DNA from: Antedon mediterranea | Taxonomy: Eukaryota; Animalia; Echinodermata | Length of the DNA stretch: 64,000 bases | Direction of reading: 5' to 3' | Assembly (NCBI RefSeq): GCF_964355755.1 | Contig: NC_092679.1 | Coordinates: 17,715,432-17,779,431 of the forward strand | In this document: piece by piece, positions 28,301-43,300 of the stretch | Position numbering within the stretch: position 1 is the first letter of the stretch | How the letters are laid out: each line of letters starts with the position of its first letter | Notes under the pieces: generated by a model | What the model was told of the DNA's origin: nothing | What the model saw: the letters and a program-made list of their open reading frames with translations, nothing else | The model's database searches: none | Program-made: the position numbers and the translations under genes

Positions 28301-31300
28301 TAATGTATGGTGGTTTGATTTTTGCGGTGGTTTAATTTTGTTGGTGGTTTAATTTTTGCGGTGGTTTAATCTTCACAGTGGTTTAATTTTCATGAACCTT
28401 ACTGAGAATGGTAAAATACAAAATAATTTGTACGAGAAAATTATGGCATTTACAATATTCGATTCTTACCTGTTGTAGAAATAACTTAATTAAATAATGT
28501 ATTTGAAGTTGAACAAATGATTTTTGTTTCTTGAATGAAATGTTTAAGTCAGCGCTGAGTAAGAGCCAGATGATTTTTTGACTTAGTTTGTTTAATAACT
28601 CAGCCCCCATCACAGCAATGTAAATAATATATTATAATAATAATATTTATTTGGTCACCAATGAAAAATAACTGAGAGTGAGAACAGATTCTGCACGCAC
28701 TCCATACAATACAGTTAAAATAGAACCTAGAAAATGTAATACTGTTACAATATATTGTAATTGTAATGCAAATAAAACTATACATAACATGTAAATATAA
28801 TGTATATAATTATAATTACATCTTTTTATACCTTTTGTTATTATTACGAGTATTTTTAATTACAAATTTTGTGGGTTTTTTTCAGGTTAAATACCTAGCC
28901 AATGAACTATATGATGGTTACTTCAAAGCAGCAGAAGCCCATCCAAGAGGAGTTGTAGCTAAGCTAAAGGAAATTGTAGCCCAACTGAAATCAGCGTGTA
29001 CATCACATAATGACCTTACTAAGGTAAGTGCATAGTTTCAAATATGTATGTAGCGTATATAGAGTGAGTATAATCCCAGGGGCCAGCTTATAAACGTTGA
29101 TGAAAATAACTGGGTGGAATTATACTTTTCTAGTCTTGTATGAATTTAGCCCAAGTCAGAGGGTGGGATTATATTCGAGTATGAGATTATATATTCTAGT
29201 TGTGTTAGGTACTGCTATATAAATAAACACATATTCCCTTACTATTATTCTCTATACTGAATGACCTCTTCAGCCAAAGACTGTTCTCCCAGAGGGCCAA
29301 GTTATGATTAGTGGCTGTGTGTTTACTAGTACGCCGGAGTAACACCCTACTCATCTCGAAAGATGTACTAGGTTTTTTAAAGTACACAAGAGCCAGATGT
29401 GAACGTATGGTTCGAACCCTTGACGATGTTATGGCTACGTAATACGGTTCCACTGTCTTAACCGCTCAGCCACTCTGATAACCATAAATTTTCTCATGTC
29501 TTGCCAATTATATAAACATTTTTTTTTCTTACCCTAGCCCTCAGAAGGTGAAAACAGTTGGCGTGAAGAAATGAAAACTGCACTGGAATCACTTACTTTA
29601 CTACTTAAAGAAGAAGGCACTCTGTCTGCGTATGAAATACATACAAGTGGGCTGGTACAGGCATTGGTCTTTGCACTTAACAATGTAAGTTAATTTACTG
29701 AAACTAATAATGATTATCATTTAGTGTAACATTATACAAATAATTTATTGAAAATATAATTGGTCAGACGTAATTTGTACTTAATGCTAAGTACATTGAG
29801 AATACTTCACAAGTAGTTCCTCGAACCCACAACCTCCAGATCACTAGCCAGGTAGGCATACCTCTAGACCACCGAGCTTGCGATGTTGGCTAGGGGTGAG
29901 ATTCGAGCTTAAGAAATCAGGTGGTAAGGCACCAACATGACTGTAATTGTTTGTAAAGCTTTGTTCCCACTAGAACGTAACGCAAGGACGTAAATGCAAC
30001 GAAAGCGTTTTAACCAATGACAAGCGAAGTTATAGACAGTTAGCAATCACAAGCGAATAAGCCATCGCTTGTGATTGGTCAATTCACTTGTGTTGCGTTA
30101 CGTCGTTGCGTCGCTAGTGGGAACCACGCTTAACTACTGTGGTGTAGCTTTGTAGTTAGAAATAATTATAAAACTTTTCTACTAATCTTTTTCTGCAGAA
30201 TTACGATGATGTTCTACTACACGATGGTCACCTTAAAGAAAGAGTTAACTTATTTAAAGCAGCCTTCAGGGAAACAAGTGATGATGAAAGGTAAGTTTTT
30301 TAATTCACTGAAAACACTACTGGTCATATATTCCTGGTAATTTAATAGGCTTGAAAATCATGTTAAAGGATACAGTATCTATTCACTTAATTATATTTTT
30401 TTCTGCAGCATCTCTCCAGCGGTTATGTTGGTACGCAAATTTATTTCTGTGTTGGAATCTATAGAACGGCTTCCTCTCTACCTATATGATTCACCAGGGT
30501 CTAGTTACGGTTTACAGGTATGTTAACAACATTAAATGGTAGAAGTTTAAAATTAGCAAAGTGACATCTAAAACCCCTTTTAAGAGGACATCATCAAGAC
30601 CCTGCAAAGGCTAATTTGATGAGTGTCCACTGAATAGTATTTGACTGTAGTGTTGAAACATATATTTCTCCTCATCCTCTTAATAGAGCTGTCCCCTGAA
30701 TAGATGTATATGTAAGGAGAGGTTCCACTGTGTGTACTGTATATTACTGTATGTACTGTATATTACTGTATGTACTGTATATTACTGTATGTACTGTATA
30801 TTACTGTATGTACTGTATATTACTGTATATTACTGTATGTACTGTATATTACTGTATATTACTGCATATTACTGTATATACTGTATATTACTGTATATAA
30901 TGTATATTACTGTAGGTACTGTATGTACTGTATATTACTGTGTGTACTGTATATTACTGTATGTACTGTATATTACTGTATGTACTGTATATTACTGTAT
31001 ATTACTGTGTGTACTGTATATTACTGTATATTACTGTATGTACTGTATATTACTGTGTGTACTGTATATTACTGTATGTACTGTATATTTAAACAACAAG
31101 CCTATAATATGTAAAATATCTTTGAGTTAGTATTACATTACATTGAGTTGCTTAATTTGTTTTTCTCTCTTTTTAGGTTCTTACTAGGCGATTACGCTTC
31201 CGTCTTGAGAAGGCTCCGGGTGAGACGTCGCTAATTGACAGAAGTGGGCGTACTCTAAAGATGGAACCCTTATCTACAATTAGTAGTTTAGAAAGATATC

Positions 31301-34300
31301 TTTTGAAAATGGTAAGTGTAATACATTTGTTATTTTTAGATAGATTTAAAGGCATAGAGCAACTTGATATCTTGGAAATTAATTAATTTATAAACGTTGA
31401 AGATTAGGAAATTTGTGAGAATGAGAATAAACTGCCTCAACTAAGATTCGAACCCTGAAAACAGATATTCTACCATATTTATTATTGTAGCGTTTTAATA
31501 ATAAATTCCCCCTAGATATAAAAAAAAAAACTAATATTAAATATACTTCTTCAGAAAACTAAAACACAATTAATATCAAAAAGTGATAAAATACTGTAAA
31601 CATTGTATCAACATGCTTGGTAAATTGTAGATTATGGCAGTCAATGAATTCTACTACAAATAGATATGTGTAATATTATTCGAAGCTGGACGTTTAATCG
31701 AAATAAATATGGTATCTTTATGTATTATCAAACATTCCCACACTATTAGTGCTTCTGTTCAATGTAATAAATGCCTTATTTATTCAACAGGTTGCAAAAC
31801 AATGGTATGACTATGAAAGACCAAGCTTCATGTTTGTAAAGAAACTAAAAGAAAACACGCCTATTACATTTAGACACACCCATGACTTTGATGATAATGG
31901 CATCATACACTGGATTGGTACAAATGCTAAGTGAGTATGGAATTCTTAATACATATTCATACATTTCAAGCTATGTCTACACTATCAAACTAGTTTGACA
32001 AAAAAAGTGTGATGTGCCCAAATATAGTAGTGGTATGACATCATCATGTCCATATATAGGCACATCGCATATTTTTAGTCGTGTGGAAACGACTCTATAG
32101 TTCACTATGTCGGTTGGTCGGTCTGTCTGTCTGTCTGTCGGTCCGGTATCACTATGCGTTTTATCGCTTTCTGACCTTATCTTGATATCAGTTTAATCTA
32201 GCTAGGTCAATTTTTCACAGTATATTCCTTATGGCCAGGAATCAATGTGGTTATGTTTTCACGGTGCGCAATAAAAAATTACGCGGTCTACGCACGATTT
32301 AACGAAATCACGTTTGTAATCATATCTTCACAACCATGAATCACAATTAAAGAAAATTTGGTACTCATAAATTTCAGGGCATAAATCATCATATGGCAAT
32401 ACAATTACGTGCGTAGCGCATGTAACGCATGCGTACGCGCGCTTAAAATTTTCAAAATTTATTTTCGATGAAATAAGAGTACGTTTCAGGCAATTTTAAG
32501 CGTTTACAAAATTGCCATGAGTGCGCATATTTTTGCGCGCACACTGCGCGTTGAATGTTATTGCACACTCTTTTTGCCCGATTTCTGTTTTCTTGACTTA
32601 CTTTTCAACTCGAAATTACGTTATACGAGCACGTCAAAAGTGACAGGCTACGCACGTGTAAATTAAAAATATATAAATGTTTTTAAACATTTCCACATTT
32701 TTAAACATGTTCAGTAATTTCGGTCAGTATAGTTCACTATGTCGGTCGGTCTGTCGGTCTGTCTGTCGGTCCGGTATCACTATGCATTGTAGCATGCGAC
32801 TTAATGGCTGTTGGCCTTGTTTTCACATAAAGTTTGATAGTGTAGAGCTTCAGAATGAATTATGGAGTATAGCACCTAAACAGTAGCTACGTTGTTAATG
32901 AATTATGGAGTATAGCACCTAAACAGTAGCTACGTTGTTAATGAATTATGGAGTATAGCACCTAAACAGTAGCTACGTTGTTAATGAATTATGGAGTATA
33001 GCACCTAAACAGTACCTACGTTGTTAATGAATTATGGAGTATAGCACCTAAACAGTAGCTACGTTGTTAATGAATTATGGAGTATAGCACCTAAACAGTA
33101 GCTACGTTGTTAATGAATTATGGAGTATAGCACCTAAACAGTAGCTACGTTGGTACATCATTGTTTCTCAATTTCTGTAATTGTAATTAAATTGCTGACT
33201 TTGCAACAACAATTATTGACAACAATAACATGATTTTTTGTGCCAAAACAGCCCAGCTAAGTTTTATGTGTGCAAACAATTATCTAACATTTTATTGAAA
33301 TCAGTAACACTTGGTCACACTAAAGCGTGGTTCCCACTAGCGACGCAACGCAAGGACGTAACGCAACGCAAGTGAATTGACCAATCACAAGCGATGGCTT
33401 ATTCGCTTGTGATTGCTAACTGTCTATAACTTCGCTTTTCATTGGTTAAAACGCTTGCGTTGCATTTACGTCCTTGCGTTACGTTCTAGTGGGAACCAAG
33501 CTTTAGTGATCAGGCATTTGAATATCATTGTGCATGTGCACAGGCTGCTGTGTAGTTTAAATATATCAATTTTGTAATCTAATCTCTAAAATGTATTACA
33601 GAACTGCATATGAATGGATAAACCCAGGCCAGTACGGTTTAGTTGTTGTCAGTAGCTCAGAGGGTAGAACACTGCCATATGGACGGTTAGAAGATATACT
33701 TAGCCGGGATGCATCAGCTCTCAACTGCCATACTAATGACGATAAGTAAGTAATTATATATAAATACCAAACTAAAACATCTGTAAAGTATATTTAATAA
33801 TTTCGTTTAGTTTTAGTTTTTTATCATCATATTAATTTTATCTTCACCACAGGCGAGCATGGTTTGCAATAGATTTAGGATTGTGGGTAATCCCATCAGC
33901 ATACACATTACGACATGCTAGAGGCTATGGACGATCAGCTCTTAGAAACTGGTTACTTCAAGTGTCTAAAGACGGTCATAACTGGACAACCCTACTGACC
34001 CATACAGATGATTCTTCACTCAGTGAACCAGGGTTAGTTTAAAAAATTGTTAATGAATTATTTGCTTAGTTAGAGAAACATTTGTGTGGATGGAGGTCAA
34101 ATAAGTTCAAGAACTTTAAGGCTGACTCCCATTTCAAACATTATACATACAGTATAATTATAAATATGTGATAAAAAAGATAAATAAAGAAATAGAAAAA
34201 AACATGAATTAAAAAAATAATAAATAAATAAACAGAGTAGTATTCGGATATATGTGATATAAAGCAAATATGCATATGGAAATATGCAAAATAATGGCAC

Positions 34301-34304
34301 AGAT

Positions 34305-34340
<36 letters not shown>

Positions 34341-37300
34341 TGGAAATGTAATCAATTGTTTTTTATATTCGGGCAAGGAAAATATCATATACTAGTAATA
34401 ATATCTCCTAATTTATCAAAGATCCACTGCCACATGGCCTTTGGAACCATCAAAGGATGAGAAGCAAGGCTGGCGGCATATTCGCATGCAGCAGATGGGT
34501 AAAAATGCAAGTGGGCAGACACACTACCTATCTCTGTCTGGCTTTGAAGTGTATGGTACAGTCACTGGGGTCTGTGATGATCAATTAGGTAAGATAATAC
34601 AATTCGGTAGAAGAACTTTTTGCCTGGTCAAAGGTCAAGCATTTTGAACAAAGAGGAAGCAGTAATAAATTTACATATATTTAAATGTTTTCAGGTAAAG
34701 CAGCCAAAGAAGCCGAAGCAAACATGCGGAAGCAACGTCGTATGATTCGCTCTCAGGTACTCCGCCAAATGCTACCAGGAGCTAGGGTAGTACGCGGAAT
34801 GGATTGGAAATGGCGAGACCAAGATGGTAACCCGACTGGCGATGGGACAGTTACCAGTGAACTGCACAACGGTAAGGGTGTGTATGTTTTTATTGCGTAA
34901 AACGGTCTCTAACAGGTTACACTAGATATTTTACCCATTGATATTTGTAATGTCTCTATCATTTTAAATGGTAAAGTTTCTACTCTGCTCAATAAGCCTC
35001 AAATAAGACTTTGTTTATAAGCACGGTAAAGGTCATTCATTGGCCAGTTACTTGCCAGGTTTTATTGTTAATTTATTAACTCTATTAGGGTGGTTAGATG
35101 TGACATGGGATCACGGTGGATCCAATTCATATAGAATGGGTGCCGAAGGCAAATACGACCTCAAGCTTGCACCGTCTCACTTATTGGAGAGCTTCACAAC
35201 CAAGACAGCCAGGGTACTGGCAGCGGCACTCGTTCCTAGCCCTACTTCAAAATCTAATACTAAAGTGACGGATGGTGAGCTTGGTAAGAGTAGCATTGCT
35301 TCTGCGTCTACTTCAACCTCTAGCCTTGCCAGTATCAAGAGCAGCTCAAGTCCAAGTCTGAACGCAATGGCTTCACTTATGGATAACAGAACTGCCAGTA
35401 AAGGTACAGTGGACATTTTGTTTTTCATTTATCCACTCATTTTTATTTATCATAGTAAATCCAGCATCCCAGAAAACCTAACTTTCAGTTTTTACCAACA
35501 ACAGGCTAGGGTTATCAAAATGCGAACAGCATTAACTTTGTTAAACTTATTAATATAAAAAAAAGACTTGGGAATCTTCATTGACTCCGTTGTTTTCTAA
35601 TAATATTCTAAATGGGACAAAATTTACGAATAATGAATTGTGTGTATCTTTGCAATTATTTGCTCAGTTGTTTTTTAATAATATTCTAAATGGGGACACA
35701 AAGTAAGTAGATAGAAATGCTGATATTTCTATTTAAAAAAAATTATTAACAGAAAGAGATCATGCCTCAGCTTCAGATCTCTCATTTTCGAATGCTGCTC
35801 TAAACACGTCAGCAGTTGAGTGTGCTCTCTTGGCATCTGGTCTGAGCTCTGTACTGGAGGATGCTGCCCAGCTCAACGAAGACCTCACCAATGAAGCCCA
35901 GCAACTTGAAGACAAGGGTGCATCAGGTTCAGGTAATAGGAATGTTTATATAAACTAATAAAAGTGTATCTGTCCATGACGAATTGAAACTTACTAAATT
36001 TGTTACTTTACAACACTAGAAATATTATAGACAGAACATAATCATCACTCTCATTGTAAATAATTCCTAGCATCTAAAGCTCTGTCTACACTATCAAACT
36101 TTATGTGACCAAAAAATGTGATGTTCCCATACATAGACATGATGATGTCATATCACTACATTTTTGGGTATATCACTACCATATTTGGGCACATCACATT
36201 TTTGTTTCAAACTAGTTTGATAGTGTAGACAGAGCTTGGGTAGGACATGAACATTTAGAAGTTGATTAGGGTTTGTAATCCCAGGTAAGGTACTGCCCCA
36301 TTGTACCACGATGGTGTAATGTATACACAAGACAAACAGCTTTACATCTCGTCCAAAGGATGAGGCAATAAGAGCAAATTATCTTGCCTTTGCATTCAAG
36401 TAATATGAGACAGATAGATCTTAAACCATCCCTCTCACATGCTAGTCCGATATCCTTTACCATTACTTTATACCACTCTTATTTTTTATTTCAACAGATA
36501 CAAGAGATGCAACATCTAGTATGAGTGTGAGTGTTCCTAACTTGAGTAGTACTCGAGATGCAGTTGCTGGCTTGATGGAGTCTGTGCTCTTGCACCGAAC
36601 AGTTGCTTCTGCAAACAATTTCTCTAACAACCGTGGAAGCACTTTCCCTTCAAGTTTTGTAAGGTTTCCAACTGGCTTACCAAATAGTAAGAACTAGTAA
36701 ATTTCTTTACTTTACAAAAGTATATCTTGACGTCTGTCTATACTATTAAAATAAGGTAGTGATATGATGAATGAATAACCAGGGGATATAATAAACTTTT
36801 CATTCTAGCTTTGTTGACCAGTGCACAGAGTGCCCCTAACCTTCCAGCAGTAACCACCTCATCTGCAAGCTTTGGGATAGCCAACGTGACTACCAGTGTA
36901 GCTCCAAGATCTAGCTTAATGCCGGCAACCAGCCTAGCATCAACATCCAGCGAGAGCGACAATGATTTTTCCGACTCGTGCCGCACCAGCTCGTTCCTGG
37001 GTGATCTTGAAGATGAAGATGAATTCTGTCAAGATGTTGAAGATATGGATGATGATGAGAACGAGGATGATAGTGATCATGATTATGAAGCTGGCATTGT
37101 AAGTCAACAATTATTTTTTCTTTATTTTATTTACTTATTTATACTGTGTATGTTGTACAATGCATGGTGCAAATAACCCAACTCGCCTAAAGTGACTTGT
37201 TCAAATCTTGTTAAATTACCATTAGGGAGCTGTTGACCTAGGAACTACATTGCATAGACATTGAGACTTTCTTCCTTACTTGATTTCTTGACACTGTTTT

Positions 37301-40300
37301 GGCTGGTCCTAGAACCTGATACACAAATTTGAAGCTACCTATTAAGAAACATATACAACAGTACTATTTTAGTAAAATTCTATAACTTTTAAATTATTTT
37401 AACATTACTTTGTTTTATCCTAGGAGGACGATTATGATCCGCGTGGAAGAAGAAGAACATGGGATGATGAACACGTACTTAAGAGACAGTTCTCAGCACT
37501 TGTTCCTGCATTTGATCCTAGACCTGGAAGAACTAATGTCAATGCTACAACTGATCTGGAGATACCACCACCTGGTATATATTATATTCAATCTATTTAG
37601 TAAAGTAAAGGACTTACCTGAAAAAATTGCACCCCTTAAATGAAATGGAATCATCTTGATATACTAAACCTTCTGTATACGTATTTTTTTATTGTAAACT
37701 AATTTTTTTTTATTTAACCTTATTTATAGAGAGTGGCCCTAAACATCTTATGCTGACAATCAAGGGGCCCTCATGTATACAGATGTGATAAATATATCTA
37801 CATCTGAAAATCTTAGAGATATTTATTTTTCTTTTGTGTCACAGGCTCGCCAGAAACATCTTTTGTAGCAGAGGCAGAATCGGCACCAGCACCCAGACTG
37901 GCACTCTACCTACGTGGACCAGGCTTACCAGGGGTAAGTTCCTTACAACAAGCATCTTTTTTTTTTTTTAACTCTATATAATGCAGAATTTCAATTTTAT
38001 TTTTAATTACACTTGAAGGTTGTTCTGAAACTTGTTGACTATTTACAGGTAACTGAAGTTGAGACGTTTTGTGGTGATCCAAATGCCCCAGTGTTTAGAT
38101 ATGTTCAAAACCTTTATCACTCGACTGGATCAGGCGTCAAACTGGACAAGCTTCGCAGAATTTGGGAACCAACTTATGTGTAAGTTTACAAACCTTTCAA
38201 ATCTACTATAAATGTTTAATACCTTTATCAATTAAAGAGCCGTAAAATAATATATAATTCTTGTTTCCTTCATCTAGTGTGGTGTACCGTGAACTGAAAC
38301 ATGAAGATGGCCAACCAGGAGACTTAGAAAACACTGGTGTAAGTAAACATTGCATACTTGATTGATTTGTCTATAGCGCCCTCTATATTTTTATTATAAT
38401 TATATTTTCACCCACAAGTAGTTTTTTGACAAGAATTCATATTTAAGGCATAAAACAAAAAATCAGCTAAAAAATTAAATTAATTAATATCGGACGACCT
38501 ATTTTCAATTGATGCTGTGTTTAGGCAACTTACAATTTTTGTTCTAGGCCTAATGTAATTTAGCCTTAAATGACTCCTCTTGTTCCTGTCAGTTTTATAT
38601 GAGACTCATAAGAAGACATAATAATTGTGTATATTTACTTTACAGGGACGTTGGTCTACATCCTTTGTTGAACAGCAAGTTGGCTCAGATCAGCTACCCA
38701 AGTCTGAACTGATTGCCTACCTGCAGCAAAATGCTGATATCCAGTTTTTAAGAAGATGGAAGCTGATTGGTTCGTCAAAGGGTATACGGAAAAGCCGAAA
38801 TTGCTCTCAGCTAGTTGCTGCATATAAGGTAAGTCTTTTAGGCTCTGTCTACACTATCAAACTTTATGTGACAAAAAAATGTGCTGTGCCCATATATAGA
38901 CATGATGATGTCATATCACTACCATATTTGGGCATATTGCTACCATATTTGGGCACATCACACTTTTTTGTCAAACTAGTTTGATAGTGTAGACAGAGCT
39001 CTAGATTAATATTTTTCGATTAATTAGTTATTTAGCGGCTATATCCTAAAGTATATAAATGGGTTTTTTTAATACGAGTAAATGTACTTGGCTAACTAAC
39101 TACAATACTAATATTCTGTTACAGGAATTCTGTAGGTTAGGCTTTAAGCCTGTTACTAGCCGAACACGTCATAGAAGTGGACGTGTCTTAAATGAAACTG
39201 ACTGTGAGGTCATACATAAAAATGAGGTGTCAGCCTGCACAGTTGATGAGGTGTTACACCTCCTACGGATACTGTTTGCTCTTGCCACTGATGTATCAGA
39301 AGCTGGTAAAATTGAAGGTAAATTAGTAAAAATGTAATATTTCAATGGGTATGAATCCCTGCAAATAATAATATTGATTGTTATATAGCGCTTATTGCAC
39401 AATGCTTCTAAGTGCTTCACATTATTACCCCAGTAATATTGTTGTTTTTGTTGTTGATAAAACACGTATGGAAACATACTCCCATAATGCAGTTAGTAAT
39501 CAGCGCACAGTTATGCCTTTTTTTTATACACCTGGGTGGAGAGAGCTAAACATAAGTATAGTGTCTTGCCCAACGATACCACAATCAGTAATCCAACAAA
39601 CTACACCACATGCCCTTATGGTTCTCACCAGCTTATTAAAATTCAGGCAATCTTCTATTAATATATTTCACAAAATATGAATTTCTATAATCTAATAAGT
39701 GGGGTTATTATCAATGTAATATAATAATATAATCAACCCAGTATAAATATATATTTCAATCAATTCAATCAATCAATGTTGTTGCAAAGGTTTATACTTG
39801 ACTATAAACACACAATAGAAACGTTATACCCGGAGCCACCCTTTAAGCTCATGTTATGATGTATGATACCCAAATAGAACTAACTGATTTATGTTTTCAT
39901 TTACTGTTTTCTATGTGTAGGAGCTGATAATCATCAGTTCTCTGTTCCTATTGATGAATTTGTGAGCAAGAAAATTACTACAAAACTTGTACAACAAGTT
40001 CAGGTAACTAGAGTATTTATTTTTATATATTCTACCTTGTTATATTGTACCTTTTTATTATCAATATTTGTAATAAGTAAAAGGTAAAGGTGACTCCTAT
40101 ATTCATTCTGTTAGGAGCTCAATATACTAAGCCTCTGCACATATATTTGTGTACCAAATAATTGTGATTGATGAAGTGATTGTAAGTGATAAAGGAAAAG
40201 CTCTAAAAGCCAAAGTGAATAAAAGCATGTTGGTTTTTTGTAGGATCCCCTGGTGTTGTCCAGCTCTGCCTTACCAACCTGGTGTGAGAAGTTGACCAAT

Positions 40301-43300
40301 CGATGTCCAATGCTGTTTCCCTTTGAAACAAGACAGCTATATTTTACATGTACTGCATTTGGCGTATCAAGGTAAACATCAGAATTTGTATTACTTTGTT
40401 TTGTAAAAATCACCAAATGAGTACAGTAGCCTTAAAATAAAAAAATAATTTTCTTTTTTCATTATAGAGCAATTGCCTGGCTGCAGCAGAAGCGTGATGA
40501 GACTGTTGATCGTGTGCGACCTCTGTCATCACGTCGAGATGACCAACATGAATTCAGAGTAGGACGTTTAAAACATGAACGGGTCAAGGTGCCACGAGGC
40601 GCACAGTTGCTCGACTGGGCTCTGCAAGTGATGCGGTTGCACTCTGATAGGAAATCTATTTTAGAGGTAAATTAGAATATTATACAGATATTGCCTGGTT
40701 AGAGGTGTAATATAACATTTGATATCTTCAGATTTTTGTTATTGTATTGCTTGCTTGCTTTTGGCGAATCAATTTCAAATATAAGTATTGGAACAGTTGC
40801 AAATTTGAAAAATCTATCTACATATTATTATTTATTATCACTATCAGGTGGAGTTTCATGGAGAGGAGGGTACAGGTCTAGGCCCAACATTGGAGTTCTA
40901 CGCATTAGTATCAGCTGAACTGCAACGCAAGAGCCTTGGCATGTGGATGTGTGATGATGACCATCCTGATGACCAGGCTAGGGAGGTATTTTTTTTGCTT
41001 TTGTGTTGATTTTGAAACTCATTGGGGTACGTTGATACCTGAATTAAAAAATGTTAAACCTAGACTTAGTGTCCACCTAGCTACAAGAGTAGTGTGTTGT
41101 GGATTGTGGAGGAAATAATATTGACAATTAATTACACTCCATGTCCTTTTAGTTACAAATTATCCCATTCCTTTCCACGTAAAGGGCCACATAAAATTAT
41201 CTCTCAGTTTAATGTTAACATGACTATAATGTAATATACTATGCTAAACAAATAATGACATATTTTATTGTTTGTTTTAAGGTTGACATTGGAGATGGAA
41301 GAAAATCTCCTGGATACTACATCCAGAAAGCCTCCGGCCTTTTCCCAGCACCACTGATCCAGGATAATGAGGACACGGAACGCATTGTGCAACTCTTTCA
41401 CTTCTTGGGAGTATTCTTAGCAAAATGTATCCAGGATAAACGAAGAGTAGACCTCCCTCTATCTCGACCCTTCCTCAAGTTAATGTGCCTCGGAGAGGTC
41501 GGCAGCAATATTCAACTCGTCTGCAATAACCCTATCCGCGATTCAGATGCATATTCCGTTGATAACGTGTCGGAAGCGTCTTTAGAAGACCTAAACGAAC
41601 TCATTTCTGAGATCTCGTTAGAAGAACCCGAATCAAAATCCGAGCTAATATACGGCGACCCGCCGAAAGCGCGAACACCAGCTTGGTTTGCGGGACTTTT
41701 AACGTGGGAAGATTTTGAAGTGATCGATCCGCACCGTGCAAGATTTTTGCTGCAATTACGAGAACTTGTGAATAAGAAACGTAGAATTTTAACCGATAAG
41801 ACTTTGAGCGATGAAGAACGAAACAATGCAATACAGGACCTTTCTCTGGAATCAGATGATACATCAATACCACCTTATAAACTAGAAGATTTAGGGTGAG
41901 ATTTTTTTCCATTATTGCTATTCCATAACAATTGAAAAAACTGATTATAGTAATCCACATTTGTAATTTTACTCGGCAAATTGCTCCAGATTCTTGGTCA
42001 AGCTACGGACAACGAGTGGTCAGCAAATGTCTTTCACTTGTGGGTTGCGCTTGACCGTGTTTTTCCGTATGGAAAACAGTAGAGTAGTAGTACATTTAAT
42101 AAATGTCATATATCATTTAATAATAAAAAATGTTTTATATTTAATCTAAAAGGCTGACATTCCAATTTAACCCGTCATCGCGTGTGCATGGATACAGTAC
42201 CTATGACTTGAAACCCAACGGTGAAGAAGAAATGGTGACAATAGACAATGCAGAAGAGTTTATAGACTTGCTACTTGAGTTCTGTCTTCATACTGGTATA
42301 CGAAAACAGATGGAGGCATTTAGAGGTACTGTAACCACACTTGTTTTTAAATACATACCTGTATAAAACATATACAGATTTTGGTCTGTCCTGGAAAATC
42401 TATAAATGTATTTCTCTGTATTGTTATGACTGGGGAAGCTTTGTTAGTCGGATCCTGGCTACTGTTTATTGCCATTTTTTATGCAGAAAATGTCTATAAC
42501 CTATTCTTGTATTGGTAAAGGGTGAATATTAAAGAACAGTATTGATGCAAAGTTTTGAGCAGATATGCTGTAATCAAGTCAAGGAGTGTTTTGCCTCCCT
42601 GTATTATTCATACAATTCCCGACAACTCCCAGTCTACTCAGCTGTAAATGAAAATTCTCTAGGGAGGCTAAGGCGGTGTGGAAAGGAACTGGCCACCCTA
42701 CTACATAATGCTGAGGCTTATTAAAATGAGCTCCTAACAGCTCATTCCCCTATTATGTGTTCAGAAATGACCTTATGTCATTTAACATCCCTGTAAATCT
42801 CAATAATTCTGTAATAGGCTCAAACAGGACATGTTAATTTGATTGTGATTTTGTATTCCTTTGTGTTCCTTTTCAGACGGGTACAACAAGGTGTTCCCAA
42901 TGGATAAACTACATGTATTCAATCCCGGAGAGCTACAGACCATCATGTGTGGTGATCAAGCACCTACCTGGACAAGAGAAGATGTGCTGAATTATACAGA
43001 ACCAAAGCTTGGATACACCAGAGAAAGGTATGTTGACGACAGTGGCATAACGAAGATGCCTGATGCCCCTGATTTAGGAACTCTGAGTGGCCCTCCAACG
43101 CTGTAGAGCTCCCTGGTCTAGGGACCCTCCAACGCTGTAGACCTCCGCCATTTTTAACATATTTTAATATCTGTTTTCTTTCTCTTGCCCTGTTCTATGG
43201 GCCGTGTAAGCTTGGGCCACTGAGTTTAACGAGGGAGTGCTCATAGCCATTACACCACTGATTAATGACTAGAAACATGAGCAAATATATATGTGGAATG

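Larger units (their letters stand above)
31791..35403 (+). other. HECTD1: HECTD1 Sad1/UNC-like and MIB-HERC2 domain exons
   Basis: [16 protein letters not shown]...WFAIDLG...[11 protein letters not shown], then [18 protein letters not shown]...[24 protein letters not shown]. Confidence 0.88.

Noticed and set aside
30732-31130. Cys/Tyr-rich ORFs
   Set aside because: Low-complexity TACTGTA repeat artefact.
32854-33152. CRISPR-like 43-bp repeats
   Set aside because: Units are directly adjacent with no spacers.
41512-41960. Antisense ORFs over the large HECTD1 exon (similar ones at 52312-52711 and 35177-35428)
   Set aside because: Shadow ORFs of real coding exons.
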